Positions 8,258 through 18,158 of a DNA stretch of 32,767 bases are shown piece after piece. The translations under genes and the position numbers were made by a program. The first letter of the stretch is position 1. Each line of letters begins with the position of its first letter. The notes beneath the pieces are model-generated. The model did not search any database. It was given only the letters and a program-made list of their open reading frames with translations, and was not told the DNA's origin. The stretch lies in contig DAIEKJ010000003.1 in NCBI GenBank assembly GCA_027350645.1, positions 1 to 32,767 on the forward strand. The letters run 5' to 3'. Source of the stretch: Candidatus Wolfebacteria bacterium (GTDB lineage Bacteria > Patescibacteriota > Minisyncoccia > UBA6257 > JAGOQP01).

Positions 8258-9853
8258 TTACGGGCTCCACCCGATCGATACGCCGCTCGCCACCGGCGTG
8301 GTTGTTCCTGATCCGGCAAGAAAGATTTCATAACGGAAATACCGGTAGTCGTTGATATCGGTTATCGGAAGCGGAACGCCGCTATTGGTGGGGATATAGT
8401 AACTGGACGGACTGCCCCCCGGACCGTAAAAATTCCATGGACCCGACGAACTTGATGCATAGGCAAACTGGAATTGCACACTCCCGCCGTTGAGCGATCC
8501 CTGCCAGGCAAGACTATCAATCGTCGCGCCAGCGGAAATCTGCGTGTCAAAAATAGACGACACCAGCGTTCCGGTTGCCGTAGTTGTCGCCAGCGCCAAC
8601 GTCCCTCCCACAACGATATTCGAGGATGTATCATACCCGCTCAATACCCCCGTCAGAGGGCCCGTCTGTCCACTGCCCCCCCGCCAACTGCCCTGATACA
8701 AACCAATCTCTCTTGATCGGGTGAGATATTGCCCGATACTCACCGTCCTGCCTTCTTCCCAGGACACAACCGAATGCACCATCTGCGTTGAAGGATCGAG
8801 GGTTCCGCTGCCGGCAATGATATTTCCCGATCCGTCGCGCGACACGTTGTCGATATAAAAAGAACGGGTGTACGGCTTGTTGTTGTACAACAATGAAATC
8901 TCGCTGGCAGAAAGCGCGCGATTATACACGCGAACATCATCAAGAGAACCAAGAAAATAATTCCCCGGCGTGCCGGCGACATCCGAAACTCCCACCGAAA
9001 AAAGATTCGATCCCATCAAATCTTTGCCAGCAATCAATGACCACGAGTCGGCCAGCTCGCCATTAATATACAGCTGCGCGGTGCCGTTGTTACGCACCAA
9101 AGCGACTTGGTTCCATCCTCCCGAAACCCATGCGCCGGAAACAACCCCGTTGTGGTCCACGTACGTCGAATCGTTGTAAATAAACCGAGTATTGATACTG
9201 CCATTCGTTAAACTGCCCACGGACAGGCTAAACGATCCGGGAGTAAATGATCCCGCGCTGTATTCAAACGCCTGGCCGGTGCCGTTGACCCACGCGGATA
9301 CCGTGCCGTACAAATCGAGACTGGCGGTGGTGGTGGCAACAACGTATGAACTGACCCCGTTAAACACCAGGCAGTTGGCCGCAAAGCACGTGGAGGTGGC
9401 ACGAGCCGGAGCATTGATCAATGCCCCATTGTTTCCGTTTCCCGAAGAATCATACGCAATCGTCCCGGTCGATTCGTCAAACTTCCAATAACCGACAAGG
9501 TTTGTCTGGACATCGTCAAAAAAAACGCTTTCGTCTCCCGCAACCGCAACCGACGAAGTGGGCGCCAAGACCAGATAGTAGGGCGCCGCGCTGGTTTTGT
9601 TCAGATCGTATATGTTGTGCCAGTCATTTTGCGCCAGCGAAGATACCGAGCTCATAAGATTGGAGGCCAACGCGCTTGCCGCCTGACTCCCCTGATTTTC
9701 AAAATTGTATCTCACCAAGGCCACCAGCGCGATGGACGCAGTGAGGGTCAAAATGCCCCCGATGACCAACGCCACCAGCATTTCCACCAGCAGCTGCCCC
9801 TGGGTGTCGCAAGCGGCGGCGATAATTCGTTTTAAAAATCCATTTTGACGCAT
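8258..9853 (-). CDS. Minor pilin with internal LamG-like jelly-roll domain and C-terminal beta domain
   Basis: QG|QLLVEMLVALVIGG prepilin motif (E5); LamG motifs LVGYWKFDESTG...AYDSSGNGNNG and GSLDDVRVYNRALS. Start is ATG 9853 or 9886. Confidence 0.8.
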   Translation of the reverse strand: MRQNGFLKRIIAAACDTQGQLLVEMLVALVIGGILTLTASIALVALVRYNFENQGSQAASALASNLMSSVSSLAQNDWHNIYDLNKTSAAPYYLVLAPTSSVAVAGDESVFFDDVQTNLVGYWKFDESTGTIAYDSSGNGNNGALINAPARATSTCFAANCLVFNGVSSYVVATTTASLDLYGTVSAWVNGTGQAFEYSAGSFTPGSFSLSVGSLTNGSINTRFIYNDSTYVDHNGVVSGAWVSGGWNQVALVRNNGTAQLYINGELADSWSLIAGKDLMGSNLFSVGVSDVAGTPGNYFLGSLDDVRVYNRALSASEISLLYNNKPYTRSFYIDNVSRDGSGNIIAGSGTLDPSTQMVHSVVSWEEGRTVSIGQYLTRSREIGLYQGSWRGGSGQTGPLTGVLSGYDTSSNIVVGGTLALATTTATGTLVSSIFDTQISAGATIDSLAWQGSLNGGSVQFQFAYASSSSGPWNFYGPGGSPSSYYIPTNSGVPLPITDINDYRYFRYEIFLAGSGTTTPVASGVSIGWSP

Positions 9854-9866
9854 ACGCGATGCCCGT

Positions 9867-10997
9867 TTAATATGAATTGAATACATTTTGAATTTCTTGG
9901 GCGGAAAGAATGCGGTTGTATACTCGAAGATCGTCAATAATTCCCGTAAACGGATGCGTTGCGCCACCCCCAATGATGGTCGTGCCCGTCAACGGAGTTC
10001 CCAGAGAACCCGGGGAGGTGGATGAGGCAACCAAGGCGCCGTTAACATACACCAGCTGATTTGCCGGCCCAGAAACATAGGTTACAAAATACCACGTCGA
10101 CGGCGACACCACATACCCGGAATCAAACTGGCCGCTTCCAAAGTTCGTCGATCCGAAAAGATCATTGTTCGACAAAATACCAGCCGCAAAACTTTGTTGC
10201 CGCGCGACAACATCCTGCTCAACCCCTGACGCCTGCGTCTGCATCCAAAAACTGATCGTCATCGACGTGTCGTTAAAATCAAGCGGACCGCCTGGGAAAA
10301 CGCCCTCCGAGGAAGAAACATAACTGGAACCCGAGAAACCGAGTGCCGCCCCGGCTTTTCCGGCGGTCCAGTTCGATAATCCAGAAAAAGTAAACCCCAG
10401 AAGCGTCCCGTTGTTTCCATTCCCGCTCGCGTCATATGCGTCCGTTCCAGCTCCTTCATCCATTGGCCAATACGCCGCCAACCCCGATTCGGTTGTCTGG
10501 CTTATCAGCCCCAGCGCGCTGACACTGATAATGCCGACCGTATTGGTCGTGCTGTTTTTAATAACCACTCCGTCCGCTCCGGCTGGAGCGCCGGTCATGG
10601 GAGCAAACACGATCGTTTTTGAAAATCCCGGAGCCGGATCGGAGAAAGAAGACGAGTATTCCAATGTTCCGGCGGCAACAACAGAGGATGTCGCATACGC
10701 GATCCCCGAAAAAAGAAAATAGTGCCCCGTACCGTCGGTATCGCTGACAAACTGCACGCCCCACCCTTGCCCGCGATCCTGCGATATCGCCCGGCTTTGC
10801 GCGCTACGCAGAACCGCCACAACCTGACTCACATCCATATCAAACGAGGTGCGTCCCTTGTAGGCCCCCAACCCGAGAATAGTTATGGACACGAGTACCA
10901 CCAAAATCCCGACGGAAACCAAAATCTCAATCAGGGTAAAGCTTCCGGTTGTCCGCGTCGCGGCGAAGATATTTTTTTTTGCCGTTAAAAGCGACAT
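9867..10997 (-). CDS. FimT/GspH-like minor pilin with C-terminal LamG-like domain
   Basis: GS|FTLIEILVSVGIL, LRSAQSRA; LAAYWPMDEGAG...DASGNGNNG, GIIDDLRVYNRILS. Confidence 0.85.
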   Translation of the reverse strand: MSLLTAKKNIFAATRTTGSFTLIEILVSVGILVVLVSITILGLGAYKGRTSFDMDVSQVVAVLRSAQSRAISQDRGQGWGVQFVSDTDGTGHYFLFSGIAYATSSVVAAGTLEYSSSFSDPAPGFSKTIVFAPMTGAPAGADGVVIKNSTTNTVGIISVSALGLISQTTESGLAAYWPMDEGAGTDAYDASGNGNNGTLLGFTFSGLSNWTAGKAGAALGFSGSSYVSSSEGVFPGGPLDFNDTSMTISFWMQTQASGVEQDVVARQQSFAAGILSNNDLFGSTNFGSGQFDSGYVVSPSTWYFVTYVSGPANQLVYVNGALVASSTSPGSLGTPLTGTTIIGGGATHPFTGIIDDLRVYNRILSAQEIQNVFNSY

Positions 10998-11009
10998 GCA
11001 ATCGCACGA

Positions 11010-12218
11010 TTAGAAATTAGCGGTCAGCTGGTACACCGGAATAATGACCGCCAGGGCGATGGTGCCGATCATAACACCAATAAAAAGCAGCAGAATCGGT
11101 TCAATGAAAGTCACCAGCGTTTTGAGCGATCCCTCGATGTTGGACGCGTAAAAATCGGCCAGCGTCTGGAGAATGCTTTCAATATGCCCGGATTTTTCCG
11201 AAACCGCGATCAGGTTTGATACCACCTTAGGGAAAACCGGCTCGCGCTTGAAGGCCTCCCCCACCGTCAACCCTTTTGCGAGTCCCTCCGAACCGATGCG
11301 CACAAGCGCTTTTTTGAGTTCGGGCATGGTAATCGAATCGGCGGTCACATTAAGCGCGTCGATGATCGGCATACCCGACGAGAGCAAAGACGAGAACGTC
11401 GAAGCAAAACGCTGCAGGGACGTCTCGCGTATCACCCGGCCGATCGCCGGCACTCGGATGCCGACACGATACAACAGGTCCCTCCCCATCATTGTTCGCC
11501 CAAAAAACAGATACCCACCCACCAGAATGAGAATCAAAATAGTCAGGATGCTGATTAGATTATTTCCGACAAAAATACCGACGGTAAAAACGATTTGTGA
11601 AAACGCCGGAGGTTTAACGCCGTTGCCCATAAACACATTGGCGATGCGGGGAATGGTAAAGCTCACCATCAGAATCATGACAAATGTCGCGGCAATGAGC
11701 AGAATCACCGGATACATCAGCGCGCCCTTTATCTTTTGCCGCAAGTCCCGCTCTTTTTCCAGAGAAACGCTCAAGTCATCGAATACCGATTCAAGTTTTC
11801 CCGAGACCTCGCCGGCCTTGATGAGATTAACAAACGACGATGGAAATGTTTTTGGGTAACGCCCAAACGTCGTATAAAACGGCTGTCCCTTTTCTAAATT
11901 GCCCCGAATCTCCAAAAGGAGCGTCTTCATCGCCGGCTTATCAAAGTCCTCTATGAGAATATCAATGGCCTTAAAAAGATCGGTGCCCACCTTGAGCATC
12001 AGCCCCAAATACCGCGTCAAAAAGACCTTGTCTTCCAGCGTTATCCGTCCGCGCGAAAAAATCCCCTCGCTGCGCTGCAGCGCGCCCACGGGCTTGACCA
12101 GAAGCGGCTTGGCGTCCATACCGGCGATTTTTGCCAGTACTTCCTGCAAATTGCGCCCCTCAAGCCGGCCCTCGACCACCGACCCGTTGCTCTTGAATGC
12201 TTTGTAATAAAATTGCAT
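11010..12218 (-). CDS. pilC: Type IV pilus inner-membrane platform protein (PilC/GspF family)
   Basis: FYYKA, AGEVSGKL, ALMYP, VSEKSGHI, IEPILLL, IIPVY; three TM segments. Confidence 0.93.
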   Translation of the reverse strand: MQFYYKAFKSNGSVVEGRLEGRNLQEVLAKIAGMDAKPLLVKPVGALQRSEGIFSRGRITLEDKVFLTRYLGLMLKVGTDLFKAIDILIEDFDKPAMKTLLLEIRGNLEKGQPFYTTFGRYPKTFPSSFVNLIKAGEVSGKLESVFDDLSVSLEKERDLRQKIKGALMYPVILLIAATFVMILMVSFTIPRIANVFMGNGVKPPAFSQIVFTVGIFVGNNLISILTILILILVGGYLFFGRTMMGRDLLYRVGIRVPAIGRVIRETSLQRFASTFSSLLSSGMPIIDALNVTADSITMPELKKALVRIGSEGLAKGLTVGEAFKREPVFPKVVSNLIAVSEKSGHIESILQTLADFYASNIEGSLKTLVTFIEPILLLFIGVMIGTIALAVIIPVYQLTANF

Positions 12219-12242
12219 CTTGCGAATGTAGAAATCAAAATG

Positions 12243-12519
12243 TTATTTCTTGTTTTTCATGGTAAGGATACTGGACGCAAGAACAGCGGCCTTTTGGACC
12301 CATTCCCCAATCTGCCCGCTTGAGGCCGCCCCTTGGAACGCGCCACCTCCCTTCTCTCTAGTCGGCAATACCGCTTGTGCCACTCTGTACTAACGGCTCC
12401 TCCATGATATCACGTACCGTTGTTTTTGGAAGAGAGCCAACAGAACGGATCAACAAAAGAGTGGCGGCTAAAAGGCGTTTTTTAAAATTATTTTTAAATC
12501 GTACTCTCTCGTTGTGCAT
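12243..12519 (-). pseudogene. Degraded four-helix-bundle (23S rRNA IVS-protein-like) gene
   Basis: ATG 12519 gives MHNERVRFKNNFKKRLLAATLLLIRSVGSLPKTTVRDIMEEPLVQSGTSGIAD, then TAG (12360-12358) where the family has SGTSIGANY. The C-terminal AVLASSILTMKNKK* (stop 12245-12243) is in another frame, and the middle is shortened. Confidence 0.75.
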
Positions 12520-12533
12520 TGTACTTTTCGCTC

Positions 12534-14246
12534 CTACTCTCTAATAACCCGGAGTACTTCTTCGATAGTTGTCATCCCCAGGGCGGCTTTACGCAATCCG
12601 TCTTCAAACATGGTCACCATGCCGTTCTGGCGGGCGGTTTTAACAATCTCATCAAGAGAAAACTTTCCAGAGATAATGATCTTGCGGACATTTTCAGAAA
12701 CTTCCAGCGCCTCAAAAATACCCATGCGGCCGCGATAGCCGGTATTATTACACGCCTTGCATCCTTTGCCGCGATAGAGCGTGTGCGGCATGCTTTGCGC
12801 ATCAACTCCAATCAGCTTCAGCTGTTCACGTAGATCTTTTTCGAGTTCCGGCGATATTGGATATGATTCAATGCAATCAATGCAGATCTTGCGGACCAAG
12901 CGTTGAGCCATCACCAAATTCAAAACCGCCGCGATCAAAAAGGGTTGGATCTTCATATCCATCAGACGAGGAATGGCGGTGGGCGCATCGTTGGTGTGCA
13001 GAGACGACAGGAGCAAGTGTCCGGTCAACGCGGCATTGACGGCAATTTCCCCCGTTTCTTCATCGCGGATTTCACCGACCATAATAATGTTGGGATCCTG
13101 GCGGAGAATGGATCGCAAACCCGCCGCAAAGGTAATACCGGCGACCGGATTGATTTGGATCTGGTTAATATACTTAATGTTGTACTCAATAGGATCTTCG
13201 ATGGTCACGATATTGACTTGCGGCTGATTGAGCAGGTTTAAGACCGCATAGAGCGTCGTCGTTTTTCCTGAACCGGTCGGCCCGGTCACCAAGATCATGC
13301 CGTAGGTTTTTTTGATATTGTCCTCAACTAGCTTGGCCGTATCTTCCAGCATCCCCACTTCCGCCAGCGACAGCGGACGCTGGGACGCAGGCAGAAGACG
13401 CATGACGATTTTTTCTCCGTAGAGTGTTGGCAGAATGGACACGCGTACATCGATGATTGTAGGAACGGCATTGAAGCGGAACCGGCCATCCTGCGGCCGC
13501 TGGTGTTCGTCTATCTTAAGCGCCCCCAACAGCTTAATGCGCGCCACGATCGCCGACTGGATTTCCTTGGGCATCCGGATAATTTCATACAAAATGCCGT
13601 CAATACGGAACCGCACCATCACTACATCCTCCAGTTCCTCGATGTGAATATCGGATGCATTCAGCGACGCCCCATACGCCAGGAGACTGTTGACGATATC
13701 CACCACCGGCAGCTGGGCGGCGGCTTCTTCGTCGTTAGTCAGGTTGATTTTCTTCTCCAGGGAGGTGCGGACGTTTTGATCGATGATTTTTTTGAAATCC
13801 TCGGTTAGCTCGGACCCAAACATCGAAAATCCTTTCGCCATGTCGCGCGGACTTGCCAAAAACGGGCGGACGCGGGTGTTAAGCTTGTGCTCCAAAAACT
13901 CAATCGTCGGCAAATCACTTGGATCTTCCATGGCCACATTGACCGTCCGGTCCGCGTCCTGCGCGAACGGGATGATGCCCTTCTCGCGGCAGAATTTTTC
14001 GTCCACCATATTAAGAACATTCCGGTCGATGCCGCGCACATTTAAATTGGCGCGCTCAACGCCCAAATGAGACGCCACCACGTTGTAGAGATAGTCCTCG
14101 GTAATGTACCCCTTGGAAATCAACACGTCCCCGACGCTCTGGTTCATGCGCGTGGCATCCGAAAGCGCGCCGGCAAATTGCTCGGCAGTAACGAGTTTTT
14201 GTGTTTCCAGAATGCTTTTAAGTTTTTCCTGGGGGAAACGGAACAT
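12534..14246 (-). CDS. pilB: Type IV pilus extension ATPase (PilB/GspE family)
   Basis: ASDIHIE, PQDGR, Walker A GPTGSGKTT, TIEDPIEY, LRQDPNIIMVGEIRD, LHTN, and CxxC...CxxC. Start at MFRFPQ. Confidence 0.95.
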   Translation of the reverse strand: MFRFPQEKLKSILETQKLVTAEQFAGALSDATRMNQSVGDVLISKGYITEDYLYNVVASHLGVERANLNVRGIDRNVLNMVDEKFCREKGIIPFAQDADRTVNVAMEDPSDLPTIEFLEHKLNTRVRPFLASPRDMAKGFSMFGSELTEDFKKIIDQNVRTSLEKKINLTNDEEAAAQLPVVDIVNSLLAYGASLNASDIHIEELEDVVMVRFRIDGILYEIIRMPKEIQSAIVARIKLLGALKIDEHQRPQDGRFRFNAVPTIIDVRVSILPTLYGEKIVMRLLPASQRPLSLAEVGMLEDTAKLVEDNIKKTYGMILVTGPTGSGKTTTLYAVLNLLNQPQVNIVTIEDPIEYNIKYINQIQINPVAGITFAAGLRSILRQDPNIIMVGEIRDEETGEIAVNAALTGHLLLSSLHTNDAPTAIPRLMDMKIQPFLIAAVLNLVMAQRLVRKICIDCIESYPISPELEKDLREQLKLIGVDAQSMPHTLYRGKGCKACNNTGYRGRMGIFEALEVSENVRKIIISGKFSLDEIVKTARQNGMVTMFEDGLRKAALGMTTIEEVLRVIRE

Positions 14247-14247
14247 A

Positions 14248-14340
14248 AACAATAACAAACAACCGACAACGAACAATCAGAAATTGGAGAAAATAAAGCA
14301 GAGTTCTCGTCGTCCGTTGTGCGTTGTTGGTCGTGGGTTG
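14248..14340. repeat. Inverted degenerate heptamer arrays in the pilB leader
   Basis: acaaaca accgaca acgaaca (14255-14275) faces tccgttg tgcgttg ttggtcg tgggttg (14313-14340). Confidence 0.6.
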
Positions 14341-14350
14341 ATTTGGCTGA

Positions 14351-14359
14351 ATTATACCA
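14351..14359 (-). promoter_or_regulatory. Extended -10 promoter of pilB
   Basis: TGgTATAAT on the minus strand. Confidence 0.65.
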
Positions 14360-14369
14360 CCCCATCACT

Positions 14370-14403
14370 AAAACAAAAAGCCCCGCAAGGGGCCTTTTGT
14401 TTT
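14370..14403 (-). terminator. Intrinsic terminator after the major pilin
   Basis: aaaacaaaaagcccc-gcaa-ggggccttttgtttt inverted repeat with T-run. Confidence 0.8.
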
Positions 14404-14422
14404 AACAAATACCAAGAGCTTC

Positions 14423-14995
14423 TTAGAGACCGGACACATTCGACCCGATTTCGTAGATGTTATTGGAATTGCCTCCATCATTTGCCATATTAACGGCATA
14501 CTTCGTGCTCTCAAGAACGGTTATCAGCTTGTATGTTGATGTCGAGTTCGCTGTATAAGCATAGAAGTAATTACCCGAATTCACCGGATCAATGGGGAGA
14601 CGAGCAAGAGGAGATCCTCCCGTGATTTGTGTAAAGGCGATCGGAATCCATCCCGCCCCCGTAACCACCGTTGAAGAGGATACAGCCGCGCTAGCAAACG
14701 CAGTTGCGTCTATTGTGTCGGTGGCACTATTAAGAGCAAGAACAGTGTTCATCACAGTCGAGCCACCCTGCGTCATCGTCGACGTTGCGGTGAGCGTGGC
14801 ACTAGGTGCCGTTGCTAAATACAGGTTAATGGCGCTGCGCAAAGAATCCATATCAGACATTCTCTGTCCATCGCGCGCCTGAGCCAAAAGCTGAGCTGGA
14901 TTGAGGACCACCACCACCGCGGCCACCAAAATGGCCAAAATGCCGATAACGATAAGCAACTCAATAAGGGTAAACCCCTTCTTTGTGTTCTGCAT
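14423..14995 (-). CDS. pilA: Probable major type IV pilin
   Basis: MQNTKKG|FTLIELLIVIGILAIL; has its own promoter (TATACT 15125-15120), an AT-rich leader and its own terminator. Confidence 0.85.
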   Translation of the reverse strand: MQNTKKGFTLIELLIVIGILAILVAAVVVVLNPAQLLAQARDGQRMSDMDSLRSAINLYLATAPSATLTATSTMTQGGSTVMNTVLALNSATDTIDATAFASAAVSSSTVVTGAGWIPIAFTQITGGSPLARLPIDPVNSGNYFYAYTANSTSTYKLITVLESTKYAVNMANDGGNSNNIYEIGSNVSGL

Positions 14996-15202
14996 AGACA
15001 ATAAGATAAAAATTATTTTGATAAATAAATAGATGCTTTCTTTCCGTAACGCCGGGACATTTTTAGACCCGAACTAACTCCCCGCGTTCAGGGAGATCGA
15101 CCATCGCGTTTACCCGCCTAGTATATACCAGACGTAAAAAAAAACAAAGGGGGGTGTGAATAACCCCCCCAGCAACCTTCTCTATAAAAATCATCACAAA
15201 GA

Positions 15203-15592
15203 TCACCCCTTCTCTGAAGTAAGGAACGATAAAACATTCCCCACCAGATCCTCAATAGACGTTTTTGCTTTAATGAAGTACTCGATCGCTCCCAGCTCCT
15301 GGCCCTTTTGGATGTCCTCGGGCTGTCCAAGGTTGGAGATGATAATGACCGGCGCATTGGCCAGCTGGGGATCTTCGCGCATGGCCTGCATAACCTCAAA
15401 TCCTGATTTTTTAGGAAGGATGAGATCGAGCAAGATAACATCCGGCGTAGCGGTTTTGAGCAATGCCAAAGCTTCGTCGCCATCGTGCGCATGCATCACC
15501 TCAACTTTTTCCTGCGCAAAACGGTTTTTCAAAAGCGACGACAGAAACGGATCGTCCTCAACAAGAAGAATTTTTTTGGGTTTCTGATCCAT
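15203..15592 (-). CDS. Single-domain response regulator receiver (CheY/PilH-like)
   Basis: ILLVEDD, PDVILLDLILPKKSG (phospho-Asp), ISN, YFIK; TGA stop; TATAAT at 15636-15631. Confidence 0.92.
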   Translation of the reverse strand: MDQKPKKILLVEDDPFLSSLLKNRFAQEKVEVMHAHDGDEALALLKTATPDVILLDLILPKKSGFEVMQAMREDPQLANAPVIIISNLGQPEDIQKGQELGAIEYFIKAKTSIEDLVGNVLSFLTSEKG

Positions 15593-15725
15593 AGTTTTTT
15601 TTATGTTTATATTTATGTTTGTATGGGCCGATTATAGGAAACACCGCAGATGGATCGTGATCGCGCACCGCGCAATCATCTGCGATGCCCGCTTCGAATA
15701 TTCCCAGCATACCGCATTTTTTTGT

Positions 15726-15752
15726 AAAAGAAAAGAGGGGGCTTGCCCCCTC
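15726..15752 (-). terminator. Terminator of the 16S rRNA transcript
   Basis: Minus strand gagggggc-aa-gccccctc followed by ttttctttt. Confidence 0.8.
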
Positions 15753-15881
15753 CCTCCGTTCCGATGATTTGAAAACTTTTTTGGTTGCCCCCTTGTCTTG
15801 GCGCACGCGCCAAGAGGTCGCAACTTGTGGATCCGCGACCAACTCCATGTTTCTCGCCTCAAAAAGGCGAGTCGAAAAATC

Positions 15882-17422
<1,541 letters not shown>

Positions 17423-17509
17423 ACGCAGATTAACGAAGATAGGATACGCAGATATATGCAGATATTTCTATCCGCGTACATCCGCGTCTTCATCCGCGAA
17501 AATCAGCGT
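17423..17509 (-). repeat. Inverted array of ACGC(A/G)GAT-like octamers in the pre-16S leader
   Basis: Four acgcagat-like units face four atccgcgt-like units. Confidence 0.7.
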
Positions 17510-17511
17510 AT

Positions 17512-17537
17512 AAAGGGACAACCAAAAAAATCTTCAA
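17512..17537 (-). other. 5' arm of the pre-16S processing stem (pairs with 15769-15794)
   Basis: ttgaagatttttttggttgtcccttt pairs over 26 nt with aagggggcaaccaaaaaagttttcaa; all four deviations are G-U on the minus strand. Confidence 0.8.
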
Positions 17538-17582
17538 AACGGTTATAGCAATGTCAAAGTCCTTTCCAGTAAGAGCCCAGTA

Positions 17583-17610
17583 AGTATATACAAAAAAGAC
17601 CTCTTGTCAA
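17583..17610 (-). promoter_or_regulatory. rRNA promoter
   Basis: TTGACA (17610-17605), 16-nt spacer, TATACT (17588-17583). The 16-bp spacer matches E. coli rrn promoters. Confidence 0.8.
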
Positions 17611-17770
17611 CTCCTGCGCTCATTGCTTTTCAAGCTACCTCGCGCCCGTCCCTCTGGAGGGCGCGCCACTTGGGGCGGGGCTATCCCCCGCGTCAAAACC
17701 CCATCAACAGAGCCATGGCTCGTTGCCGCCCCTCCTATAAAACGGCAGGTTCCCCCGCTGGGTCAAGCCC

Positions 17771-17799
17771 TTGCACTTCCCCTGCAGATAAGGTACAAT
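17771..17799 (+). promoter_or_regulatory. rpmE promoter
   Basis: TTGCAC-17 nt-TACAAT, ending 9 nt before the ATG. Confidence 0.65.
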
Positions 17800-17808
17800 C
17801 GCCTCGTT

Positions 17809-18096
17809 ATGAAAAAAGATATCCATCCCCAGTATTATCCCGAAGCAAAGGTTTCCTGCGCATGCGGCAACGTGTTCTTCATCGGCTCAACCAAGAAAGA
17901 GCTAGCCGTTGAAATATGCTATGCATGCCATCCGCTCTACACCGGCAAAGAGAAACTCATCGACACCGCCGGCCGCGTGGAGAAATTCAAGACGCGCCGC
18001 GCCGCCGCCGCCAAAACGCCCGTCCGCAAAAAGACGGAGAAGCGCGCAGTAAAAAACACCAAGAAAACAGCTTCGGCAGAAAAGAAGGGGAAGTAG
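17809..18096 (+). CDS. rpmE: 50S ribosomal protein L31 (zinc-binding type) with Lys-rich tail
   Basis: [32 protein letters not shown]. Confidence 0.96.
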   Translation: MKKDIHPQYYPEAKVSCACGNVFFIGSTKKELAVEICYACHPLYTGKEKLIDTAGRVEKFKTRRAAAAKTPVRKKTEKRAVKNTKKTASAEKKGK

Positions 18097-18113
18097 TTTG
18101 TTTTATTATTTTT

Positions 18114-18143
18114 GAAAAACGAGGGGGCGTCCTCTCGTTTTTC
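18114..18143 (+). terminator. Hairpin between rpmE and prfA
   Basis: gaaaaacgagggg-gcgt-cctctcgtttttc followed by T-rich sequence. Confidence 0.55.
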
Positions 18144-18158
18144 TTTATTTATTGTTAT

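Noticed and set aside
15203-15205. Alternative genetic code 25 (TGA=Gly)
   Set aside because: The response regulator ends naturally at TGA and conserved genes are uninterrupted under code 11.
15796-15871. Three hairpins after the 16S as a possible tRNA
   Set aside because: No T-loop (TTCRA) in a cloverleaf context and no acceptor stem; treated as rRNA trailer structure.
17423-17509. Repeat arrays here and at 14248-14340 as CRISPR
   Set aside because: Units are 7-8 nt, degenerate and inverted, with no spacers and no cas genes.
17916-18158. N-terminal extension of prfA in the ORF track
   Set aside because: It overlaps rpmE in another frame and has no resemblance to RF1 domain 1.
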